A stretch of DNA of 64,000 bases, taken from Neoconidiobolus thromboides FSU 785. Its lineage: Eukaryota; Fungi; Entomophthoromycota. The notes beneath the pieces are model-generated. The model saw only the letters and a program-made list of their open reading frames with translations, did not search any database and was not told the DNA's origin. Below, one piece after another: positions 48,874 through 61,481 of the stretch. Positions within the stretch are counted from its first letter, which is position 1, and the number at the start of each line of letters is the position of its first letter. Made by a program: the position numbers and the translations under genes. The stretch is from NCBI GenBank assembly GCA_025603075.1, contig MU626263.1, forward strand, positions 62,001 through 126,000, read 5' to 3'.

Positions 48874-50867
48874 TATAGTTTAATTTAATGTCTGGAGTAT
48901 TTTTTTTCAATTTGAGTTTATTTATATAAATGTCGTAATATTTAATTATTTATGTGGTTTAAATTTTTAACTATTGATTTATTTATGTACATATGAAATA
49001 AAGGTAGTATTGATTATCATAATGTAGCTAAAGGTATTTTTATTTTTATTAATTAAATTACTATTTAAATAAAAGTAAATTAAGAGTTAAATAAGTTCAA
49101 ATAAATAAAAGTGTACTACTATTTTATTAGTAACTATTCCATTGATGCCACCTTCAATTCATAATAATAACACTATTTATCTTATCAGAGGCCATTATCG
49201 TATTAATAAAGACGATCGTTTTTACTTACAATCTTCTAACTTTATTATTACTCTCACTTTAGATCAATTCAATGCTTAAACAAAAGTCATATAATTGTAT
49301 ACATAGTATAGCGTTAATACTAACATACTCAATGATAGTAATTGAATTGATTGAATTTAAGGTTAAACAATGATTATCTCTAATAAAAATATACTAGCAT
49401 TTAAAGAAGCAAATAGTAAAAAGTATGCCATCATCTTTGTATATTAAAATTGCTTTATCGGATTAAATACACTACTTGAAGGTGGTAAATAGCTCTAATA
49501 TTGCTAATATTGGTGTGAGAGATTTTTTTAAACTTTTTAATGATAAATAGTCAATTCAAAATAAAAAATAGGACAGTAAGCTAACTAATAATTAGTAGCT
49601 TTACAAAGTTAAACAGTTGTAGGATTTTACTATTATATATAGTTATACTATCAATTGTATAGATTATGTTATAAAATAAGTGAGTTAAACTATGATACTA
49701 TAAGTGAATAAATTATTTGTATATTCAAAAGTTATAAATTCAGTATAAAGCTACTATTTAGTTAACCTTTTTTAACAGTAGCATAATTAATATAGTAACT
49801 TATTTAAAAATCCATAAAAACTGGTTTAATTAAAACTTTTACTCCATAAAATTTTATCAAACATAAAATTTTTAAAAATTAGCCTTAAAATAAAATATTT
49901 AAATAGAATGTTACTTTATTAATGTATTTTTAAATAATTAATTTTTACATAAATTTATTAATTCAATAAATAGATAAATATAAAACAAAACTTTAATTAA
50001 GAGCAATCAATATTATATTAAATATAAGAAATACTATGCTTGACATTACAATATATTTAATAAGAAATTAATTAAAGTGTGTGATAATTTTAATTCTAAA
50101 GCATAGCCAACAGAATCCAGTTAAAAAAAGTCAATTCACTTACATCACGAGGTTTCAATAAAAAATAATTGTTTTTATCTCCTACTTTTAAAAATTTCAT
50201 TCTTTAATAGTCATTATTTTGGCAATATAATAAGAGTTTTTTTCAATATAACAGTAATACAGAAACTAGCCAACTTATATAAGTGAATTTTAAAAAAACT
50301 CGTTATTGAACAAATTTAAACTCCAGCTTACCTCATTTTAATTTTTTATATTTACAACATTCAGAATTGTTCAGTTAAACGAAATATTTTTTTATAATTT
50401 TTCCGTTAGTTAAACCACCCAACTAATTCATCAATCTAATCACTTTAAATCATTGCTATTAAAACTTAAGTATTTGTATTTTTTAAAATAATATAAAGAA
50501 AACTAAACTTTATATTATAATTTATTGTATGTTTATATTGACATAATAATCTATTAGCCATTATGTTAATAATCTTCCATCTCACACAAATTTTCTATAT
50601 TAATAAATTTTTTACCATGCGATGACTATTCTTGGCTTTCAGTAAAATTTAGACAACTTCATTTGATTCGTTGAAATTTCACAACTCAAAGCAAAAAAGC
50701 AGGGTAAAAATAAGCTAAGATATCAATTTCCAATTTAATAATTTAAAAAAAATAGTTATCCTTATCCTATTATTTTTTATTTATTGTATTCAAATTCATT
50801 TCTATATCTTGAGGTTGATTTAATTCTTTATTGACTATTTTTCATTACTTTTTCTTATGAAAATTCA

Positions 50868-53800
50868 ATGGAAAACATTAATTTAAATTTGGCTAAACAG
50901 TTAAACTCAACTAAAGATACAACTAATAGTAAACTTAAAGATGAAAAAGGAACCAGTGATAACTCAAAATCAAGTAGTCCAAATAGTATCTTTGCTCCAA
51001 CAATACCTACTTCTTCTGTCATACCATCCATATGTTCGATAGGTAATTTATTTTAAATTTATATTCTATATAAATTAACTTTAAAAGTACACAAATATGA
51101 AGCAAACAACGAAAAGGAACAAGATACCCAACAAAAACCAGCAATAATTAAAGAAAAAAACAATTTACCAGCAAAGATAACTACTACTTTTACAGATAAT
51201 CCCAATGTGCTTAATAATTCAACTAGACAGTTAAATCGAGCACCAAAGAATTTGAATGATAAATCAAACCAATTTCAAACTAATTCATTAAATTCAAGAC
51301 CATTTTCCATGTTTGGTGGTATCACAGCGGATCCATTTAAAGACCCGTTTGTTTATCAAAGTAAAGTAGAAGCTAACAATAATAAAAATGCTACTCCAAA
51401 CGCTCAGCCAGTGGCACCCAAAGTGCCCGCATTGATATCCAAATTATTAGATGAAAAGCTAACCAAGAAAGTAGTGGTAAGCGATATTGAACAAAAACCT
51501 ATACGGCCAAGAAGGAACAGCCATGGTCTATCTAATTTAGCAGTTCAAAGCTTTAATAATTTAGCCAAAAAGAGAGGTACTATTCTACCAAAAGATGATG
51601 TCCCACCTTCCCCATCAAGTTTAACTCCAGCCCAAGAGTTTATTCAACAATCAAGTTCTATTATTATTCCAAGGGCTAAATCACCTATCTTATCTGCAGA
51701 AGATACTCTGTCTTCTTCAGTAGAATCTGGTCTTTCACTTGATGGTTCTTATTTAGCTTCTTCACAATCAGTAAAAGCTCATTTCCCATTTTTAAAGTCA
51801 AAGACACCCATTTCTTTATTAGAAGCATCTCAAAATTCATCTTCCGGTAAACCATCACCAATTCAATTAAATACACTATCAGATGAAAAAAAGAATAGGA
51901 GATCTTATTCTGCTTTATCTTCTCCAACTCAAGTACCAGCTGCTTTAAGGAGACACTCTCAGTCTAGGGTAACTAGAGGCTATCGACACAAACCTTTATT
52001 AGAACAATCAAAAAGGAGTTCTTCTAATTTAAGAGAAAATAGTTTCCCATCTTCAGTTAATACAAGCGATATAGGGGAAGATTCTGAAGGTCAAGATTCG
52101 GATGCAGTATCTGGTTTACAAGAAAAAGAAGCTTATTCACGAGTATTACCTGAACTTGAATATGAAGATTCTGTCAATGGACTTGATCCAACAGACCAAT
52201 TTTTACCCTTAGGAGATATACGACAATCATTGATTGAAGAAGTGAGATTAGCTCAACAAGCAGCCCATGAAGAAATATTAAGTATTGTTATTGAATGGTA
52301 TCGTAATCAAGGAATTATTGAATCAGGATGTCCATTTAATTGTACGCAACATCCATGTCATCATTTTACATCTCAAAAAGAGTTACCAGTGAATAATCCA
52401 ACAGTTAAAGAACATAAGCCTAGTAAATCTCAACATCTACCCATTCCATTACCAAGGCATCCATCCTTAGATAAAAGAAGCCATAAAGTATTAAAATTTC
52501 GGTTACATTCGAATAGTTGGCCACCCACTTATTTAGTATCTTCACATACTATATTGTTAAATGAAATTAATGCTGTAGCACAACAAATTTTAAATTTAGA
52601 TTTTGAAGTAATGGTAACCACTTCTATATGTACTGAAATAATGAAACAACTTCAACGATTACAAATTGAACAAAGAAGGATGACAGTTGGTAATGCAGAA
52701 GCAGAAGTATTATTATCCAAATTAATCTTTGAATTTTCTCCTGTTAGTCGATTAGTAGAAGGTTTGAAAGATTTTGATTTAACTCAAAATGAGGTTTTAC
52801 TTTATGAAGCTCAATTACAATCTACAGCTCCACCATCTCCGTCTCCTTTACGTCATTCCTATTCTTTTACAAGCGAAGATGGTAAAGCTATTAAATCTTC
52901 GATTGCTAATGCACCTAAAAAATCACCTTTTGGTTCACCAGAAAAAATATCTTCCTTATCTCAATTGTTTGGTCGATATAAAGAACCTGTTAATGATTTA
53001 ATATCCCCATTATCACCCATTGAAGGTAAATTAAATTTAACAAAAGCCAATCATTTAAGTCCGCATTTACCATTAAGCTCCAATGCATCTTCACCTGATT
53101 TAAGATCCAAACCTACATTTGTTTCTGATTCTAGTACTGATGATATACCTAAAATAACTAAAGCTAATAACAAAACTAATAATAGTAATTTCAATGTCTC
53201 ACCAGAATTGCATCTTCCTACTTTAACTACATCTGAAGATCCATTAAAACAATTACCATTACAATTTACTTTATCTCCACCAACAATACCTAGTCCACGT
53301 AGAAAATCAGAAATACCAATAATGAAGGATAGTTTTAATTTAAGACCAAGTCCAAAATTAATGCCCAGTTCCTTATCAACTAATCAACATTTACCAATAA
53401 CATCTTATTCTGTACCAGCTAAAAGAGAAAAAACACATACTAAAGGATCTAAAAGTGTAGTTAATTTATTTAAAAATATGGGATTCATTAGTAATAAAAG
53501 TGGAGGTATACCGAAAGATGGCTCATTTCCAGTCTCAAGAAAAAGTAAAAAAATGGATGATTCTAGGCCATTAAGTCCAGTTTTATTAAGAGTATCCAAT
53601 AGTCATCATCGTAGTCAATCGGCTGATTCTGGATTAATTAAACGCTTTTCAAGCCCAATACCAGCTACACAAACATTAGAAAATAGTGATACAACTCCAT
53701 TTGATTCGAATTCAATACCCAACAGTAAACCCATGTTACCACCAATCATATGTCGATTATGTGAAATCCCAATACCATGTGATCAGTTTGATTTTCATTC

Positions 53801-55937
53801 CAAATATTGTTTAATTCGACAAAATTATGAAATTGAAATGATGCAACATCGACACAATCTAAGTAAAATTAATACCAATTTAGAACGTCAACGTCAATTA
53901 CTTTCATCAACTACAAGTTCCGCTTATCTAGATCTAATTCCATTACAACGTTGTGAATCTTTATTAAAATTAATTACTAAAATTACTCAAATGGATTTAA
54001 AACCTAGGGATGTAATTGTTAGTAAATCCCATCGTTATTCTTCTAAGATAAAAGAATTATTACTTACAAGTAATAAAAAATGGAATGATCCTATTATTAA
54101 AACAGGTGGAGAACAATTATTAGCATTATTACCAAAATTAGTTAATACTATTATTAATTATCGAGATCAACAAATACCTGAAAGTTCACCCTCAATTGGT
54201 GGATTATCCCCAGGTTCTTTATTAACACCATTAACTAACTCTGCTCAACCTTCTCCAGGTACTAGTCCTAAGGAAAGCTTTTTAGAAAAATCTTTTTTTA
54301 ATTTAAGAAAAAGACATCAACGTACAACTAGCAGTACATCTACTAATTCTAGTTCACCTGAACCTGAAAATACATCTACATCTAAAAAATTAGTTAGTTT
54401 ATTAATTGGTATGTTAAAAAAGAATCATAAAAAACCGAATGAAAGTACAAGTACAATTATACCAAGAGATGAGCCTATTCAATCTCCTATTAGTGAACAA
54501 TCAATCATTAATCGTAAATCAAATATACCTTCAATTGATGATTTTGAAATTATTAAACCAATATCACGTGGTGCTTTTGGAAGAGTTTATTTAGCACGAA
54601 AAAAAACAACTCAAGATTTATTTGCTATTAAAGTAATTAAAAAAGATGATATGGTAAGAAAAAATATGGTACGACAAGTTATGACGGAAAGAAAAGTAAT
54701 GGCATTAGCATCTACTCCTTATGTAGTCAGTATGTTTTTTGCATTTCATTCCCAAAACTATTTATATTTGGTAATGGAATATATGATTGGTGGAGATTTA
54801 AGTTCCCTTTTACAAGGGTTTGGTATCTTTTCAGAAGAAATGGCTCAATTTTATGTAGCAGAAACAGTGTTAGCATTAGAATATTTACATAAAAATGGAG
54901 TGATTCATAGAGATTTAAAACCAGATAATATATTAATTGATGCAGATGGGCATATTAAATTAACAGATTTTGGATTATCTAGGATATCTATTAAAGAACC
55001 AGAAATTGATTCTTTACCCAACAAAATTCAACGATCTAAATCTAAGTTATTTAAAAGAAATCAATCGAAAAAAAATAAAGAATCTAAGAATAGTAAAGAA
55101 AAATCAAAAACTACATTAAACAAAGGAGATACTAATAAAAGTAAAGAATATGTCAAACCACCCAGTAATCGAGCGTTATTAGGAACACCTGATTATTTGG
55201 CACCTGAGCTATTGTTAGGTATTGGTCATGATTCTTCTGTTGATTGGTGGGCTTTAGGTGTTTGTTTATTTGAATTTTTAGTTGGTCATCCACCTTTTAT
55301 GGATGATACACCTGAAGATATCTTTAACAATATATTGAATTTGAAAATACAATGGCCATCCGAAAATTATTTATCATATGAATCGATTGATTTAATACAA
55401 CATTTATTAATACCAGATCCTTATAAAAGGTACAAATCTAAAGATATTAAAAAACACTTATTTTTTAAGTCAATTGAATGGGATAATTTAATCAATTTAG
55501 AAGTACCATTTAAACCTAATCCAGAAGGTAAATTAGATACTAGTTATTTTGAATTAAGAAATCAAAGACCAGATATATTAAAACATCAATTGGAAGATAA
55601 TGATTTATTTGAAAATGATTTATTAACGGAAGGTTCTTCATCTTTAGCAGATCATCAATCGATTCCTATTACTTCTCCTCCTTTAAAGCCAACAAATACA
55701 AAGGAAAAGAATGATAATAATAATAATAATAATAATAATAAAGGAAAGAAAGATAGTAACAATATTAGTGAAAAAGTAGATGGAGTACAAGAAGGAATTC
55801 ATAATAATAATGAAGATTTTGATTCATTTCAATATAAGAATTTAGAATTATTATCGGAATATAATAAGGAAATGGCTAATGTAACTAAATGGTTACAAGA
55901 ATCTGTAGCTCCAAACCAAAATAATAATAATACTTGA
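50868..55937 (+). CDS. AGC Ser/Thr kinase, Greatwall/MAST/Rim15-like, with a C2HC zinc finger
   Basis: One short intron near 51042-51087. CRLCE...HSKYC finger; [28 protein letters not shown], an insert, GTPDYLAPE and an AGC C-tail. Confidence 0.93.
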
Positions 55938-56129
55938 TATTAATGATGGGAGTGAAAGTAAGTTGAAATAATAATACATAATAATAAGTGGATAAAGTAG
56001 ATAAGAGATGAGATGTTAGTTTTTTTATTGTTTTTTGTTAAAGTGTTGTGGTTAGTTCTATTTTTTTAATAAAAAGTTTATTTTTTTTATATTCTATTGT
56101 TTTTATAGTTAATAAGTGAATTATAATAT

Positions 56130-56228
56130 GGGAATATATTTTTGTATCTAATGATTTTACTAATAGTTTTTCCATTCAAATACTGCTTAAAAAATGGAAA
56201 AGTGATAAAACCAAAAAAAAACAGCCCC
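56130..56228 (+). mobile_element. ~97-bp MITE-like repeat, copy 18
   Basis: atat|gggaatatatttttg...ttttactaatagtttttccattcaaatactgcttaaaaaatggaaaagtgataaaaccaaaaaaaaacagcccc|atat. Confidence 0.82.
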
Positions 56229-56269
56229 ATATATTAACAAATAATTAAATAACTTCTATTTTTATTTTT

Positions 56270-59132
56270 TTAAACTTCTGTCAATTGAGAACCTATTTTA
56301 AATTGATGGTAAAATTGCAACATTTCTGAAGTTATATTACGTTTTAACCCATTATTTAAAATTTCTTTAAAATCGGATAATTTTACCTAAAAGAAATTAA
56401 AATAACTTATAATAAACAATAAAAACTTACAAATTTGTTCTCCATTGATTTCATTATACAATTCATTGCAGCTTCTTGGCAAAGATGAACAATTTCAGCA
56501 CCTGAACAACCTTCCGTCTAATTAAATTAACTTAAATAACAATATGAAACTATCAATAATAATCTAATTACCTGTTTCACTAAATAATCAATATCAACAT
56601 CTTCATAAAATGGTATTTTTCTACTTTGAATATTAAATATTTCTTTTCTAGTAGTATTATCTGGTGGTCCAACATATAATATTCGATCCATTCTACCAGG
56701 CCTTAATAGAGCTGGATCCTAATCAAAGTTCAATTATTATAAACAAATTAACTAAATTCTTATTTTAAAGTTACAATAACATCCGGTCTATTAGTAGCAC
56801 CAATAACTGTAACGTGATTTAATTGATCAATACCATCTAACTCAATTAAAAACTGCGCTAGAACTCTTTCTTGAACTGAAGCAGTTTGATTATTGGCTTC
56901 TCTTTTCACTGTTAATGCATCTAATTCATCAAAAAATATAATACTAGGTTGTGTTTGTCTAGCTTTTCTAAATACTTCTTTTAAATTTTTTTCACTCTGA
57001 CCTACATATTTATCAAATAATTCAGGTCCTTTGACTAATAGGAAATTTAATCCAGATTCGGTTGCTAATGCTTTAGCCATCAATGTTTTACTACATCCTG
57101 GGGGGCCATAAAAGAGTAATCCCTTGGGTGGTGATATTCCAAATTTAGTAAATATTTCAGGTTGTTTTAAGGGCCATTCTACTGATTCTTTTAATTTTTG
57201 TCGTATATCATGTTGCCCTCCGATATCACTCCAATATACTTTAGGTACTTCAATTGCTACCTAGATTATAAATTAAAATATTTAGTTTTCATTTATTAGT
57301 ATTTTATTGTTATTTACTTCTCTCATAGCGCTTGGTTTAATTAAATTAAAAGCAGTAATTAAATCACTATATTCAAGTTTTAATTCATTAACTATAAAAA
57401 AATAATATGAATATTCAATATAATTACAATTATAATTTAACTTACTATCCGATTCTTGTTTTTCTATATTTCTTTTAATAGCCATTAGTCCTGCTTCTTT
57501 AACTAAAGAACTTAAATCTGCTCCCACATAACCGTAAGCTTTATCTGAAATATCTGAAATTTGTTGTTGAGTTAATTCATGATAAGTATCTTTTAATAAT
57601 GTATTTAATATATCAAATCGATCTTCAGAATTTGGTATTCCTAAATAACATTAATGTTAATGTTAAAATTAGTGTTAAAATTATATGTTAAAATTAAATA
57701 ATTATAACTCAACAATTACCAATTTCAATTTCAACATCAAATCTACCCGGTCGACGTAATGCTGGATCAATTGAATGTAATCGATTGGTGGTTCCAATTA
57801 CCATGACCTTAGAACTGGTTTCATTACCTATGCCGTCCATTAATGTTAAAAAAGTAGCCACAGTTCTCTTCTCAAGTTCCGATTGGGACTAAAATAATAT
57901 TAGTAAATATTGTGGATTATACTTTTCATTCTCTATTTTTATTTTGCTTACACTTTCTCTATTTGGACAAATAGCATCAATTTCATCAATACAAATAATA
58001 CAAGGTTGATTTAATTTTGCTTTTTGAAATAATTCTTTTATCTAAATAATAATAAATATTATTACTATATAAAATAAGCTACAATTATAGACTTACCCTT
58101 TCTTCTGTTTCGCCCACATATCTTGAAGATAAATCCGGAGCGGATATCAATAATGTAAACACGTTAAAATATTCAGCCATTGATTTAGCTAATAAAGTTT
58201 TGCCCGTTCCTGGTGGACCAAATAATAGTATACCTTTACTTGGTTTTAAATTATATTTCAACAATAAATCTTCTTTTTCAAAGGTGAATTGTATTAATTT
58301 TCTTATACTTTCGATCTCTTTTTTTATACCTCCGATTTTTAATTCCACATGGGATTTGGTTGATGCTGCTTTTTTACTTGTTATGTCTAAGATAGATTGG
58401 TTGAGGTTATATTTTCCTATTAAGTTAGGGGTAGCGTTTTCATTAATACTTTCAATTTTGAATAAATATGGTTTGCCACTTAAATTAATCGTTATAATCT
58501 CTCCGATTATTACATATTCTAATATTCCTGTTTAACTTCATTAGTTTTACTCTACTTCAAAAAACAAAACCCTCCACTTACCTAATAATTGTTCAATATA
58601 TTGTTTAAAATCTTTAATATCATTAACTTCTTTTGCAATGGGTACTAAGCTCACTTTTTTAATATCTATAATTTCTTTTTGAATTTCTTCTATTCGCATA
58701 ACTCTCACTTCATCTCCATGAAACCCATTTAAATTTCTTATTGTGTCATCAGTCACTATCAAATCTATAAAAATGATTTATACTTAAATTCAAGTTCTAT
58801 CAATAATAATATTTGATTAACTTTAAATTACCTTTTTCCTTCAACTCAAAACTTGGCCATACTCGAGCAATTACTCTTTTTTCTATAAGCTACTAAAAGT
58901 GGTTAGTATCAAGCTGAAAAACTACCTTATCCCTCCATCTCTTTGACTCTTTATTTCAAAAGATTAATAATAATCTTACCTCTTCTTCTTTTTTAATTAA
59001 ACAGTAATCATTTGTTTTTAAATTTAACTTAAGCATTGTTTCAATTGACATGATTACTTTTCGATTAGGCTTGATTGGTAGACTATTGTCTTTCGTTGTT
59101 TTAGATGATAGTTTTAATATGAAGTTGGACAT
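56270..59132 (-). CDS. AFG2: AAA ATPase Afg2/Drg1 (SPATA5), multi-exon
   Basis: Two AAA modules: [13 protein letters not shown] and [26 protein letters not shown]; VYWSDIGGQ; [10 protein letters not shown]. Start taken as 59132 (MSNFILKL); stop 56270-56272. Confidence 0.92.
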
Positions 59133-60237
59133 TGTTTCTAAAATTGAAAATGAAAATGAAAATAAAGCTGAAAATGAGAAGTCCACTCTTTAAACTATTT
59201 AGTAGTTTGAGTATGTGTAGGGATTTTAAATTGCTTTCCTTTTTTAGTGATGTTTTTGGAGGAATTTTTGATGCTATTAGTAGTTGAAAACAATACTTGT
59301 TTATTTAGTAATAAATGGGCAATTATTTGAATAATTTAATATACAAATAAACTGTAAAATCTATATGATATGATAGCGACTTCATAATATAAGGTTTTAT
59401 TTCTTTATTTTAGAATGAAACTTGTTTTTGGAAGACTTTATAACTTTTTCGTAGCATATATATTAACTGATATAATCAAATTTACTTTTATTGTGTAGTA
59501 TATAGTAAAAAAAATAGCATGTTAAATTGAAGATTAAATATCCGACAAACTCAAGCTATTCAGGTATATCAAGATGGTAGAAGACAAGTAATAATTGATG
59601 GAAATGTCAATAATATTCATTTTAAATAAATTTATTTTTAGAAACTGAGTTTAAAAATAACCGAGAAAAATGGACGGGGCAAAATCAAAAAAGAATGAAA
59701 AGTTAAAGTAAAAGCAAGGATTAAGGATTCGGATACATCAAAGCTAGTTCAACTTGTTAAGTTTTTTAAAAAGACACATCAAATAAAAGCCACTTTAATT
59801 TTTATCTTCTTTTAACAATAGCTTTTGCTGTCATCAATTATTTAGGCTATTAATAAACTATCTTTTTATTAACCAAGGGTTAATTTGATAAGAAATTACA
59901 AAAACGGCATTAAAATTAAATTCGAGTTTATTAAACTTTCACAAAAATTAAATTCTAATTAAAATCTTAGGGTACAAACGGCTCTTTGCAATGACTGATA
60001 AATAATAATAATAATAGCCTATTATTATAATCAAATTAGATCATTTTCATATAAACCCTTTAATGAGCCAATCTTACTCATACTTCAACTTACTAGCTAT
60101 TGGTCAAGTTTAGAAATAAAAACTAGCTCCATGGCGCAATTTTATTAAATACTAGTGAACTAAAAACTATAAAATAAAATTCAAAATTCAAGATTTAGAA
60201 ACTAATTAACTATTCTAACTATTCTAATTAAAACAAA

Positions 60238-61481
60238 ATGCCAAAACAAAATTTATTGTCTCAAGTTGTTAAAACAGGAATCCGTTCATTAACAACCAAA
60301 AATCTAAGTTCTTTACCAAAAAAATTCAAATTTACCGAAGAAATACGTGATGCTTTAGAAACTGGTAAACCTGTGGTAGCTTTAGAGTCTTCCAATATAG
60401 CTTATGGTATTGTCTAATAATTGATACTCATTGTATAAATGCTAACCATACCATCCAGGCTTCCCATACCCTCGTAACATTGAAATAGCCAATGACGTAC
60501 AAAACATTGTAAGAGCACAAGGTAGTATTCCAGCTATGATAGCTTTATTAAATGGTAATGTACATATTGGATTGAACTCTGAGCAATTGGACCAATTAGC
60601 AAAAGCTGGTCCTAATGCTAGAAAGGTATCTAGAAGAGATTTAGCTTATACATTATCTGAGGTAGGAGCTTATTTTATAATAAGGACAACTGATAGATAT
60701 TTATTTCACCTTTTATTGTTAGAAAATAGTAGGTGCTACTACAATAGCAAGTACGATGGTGTTAGCTCATAAGGTAGGTATCCCTATCTTTTCTACTGGT
60801 GGGTTAGGCGGTGTACATTATGGCGCTGATAAAAGTAGGATTTATATTCCAGTCTACAATCTATTAATAAAACTAACTTTACTCTCTCATTAGCTTTTGA
60901 TATCTCAGCAGATTTAACCGAATTAGGACGTACATCTATAACAGTTATATCAGCAGGGGCCAAATCTATATTAGATATTGGTAGTACTTTAGAATATCTG
61001 GAAACTCAAGGGGTAGCTGTAGCTACGTTAGGAGAAAGTGAATATTATCCAGGTTTTTTTACACCTACTTCAAATTACAAAGCACCAATTCACCTGAAGA
61101 CTTTGGAACAAGCAACGAATATGATAGGTATCCTATTTTATTATAATCTATAATCTTTAGTTTCTAATTGTTATTATTTTCTATTCAGACGCTCATTTCA
61201 ACCTTGATTTACAATCTGGTATCTCTATTGGTGTGCCCATCCCAGCTGAACTTTCTAAAGTTGGTAGTGAGATACAAGCTGCTACTGATCAAGCAATTAA
61301 GGAATGTGAAGAGCAAGGTATTGAAGGGAAAACAGTGACTCTCTTTTTACTAAAAAGAATTAATGAGTTAACCCAAGGAAAATCAGTGGAAGCCAATATT
61401 GCATTAATTAAAAATAATGCAATGATTGGTGGTAAGTTGGCATACTTACTTGCTGAGAAACGTAGCGGGCAGATAGAATAG
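60238..61481 (+). CDS. psuG: Pseudouridine-5'-phosphate glycosidase (IndA/PsuG), stand-alone, multi-exon
   Basis: [54 protein letters not shown] and [10 protein letters not shown]; basic, acid-free N-terminal extension. Confidence 0.93.

Noticed and set aside
58956-59186. ORF-track N-terminal extension MDFSFSALFSFSFS of AFG2
   Set aside because: It uses a non-ATG start in low-complexity leader sequence; the ATG at 59132 is the more plausible start.
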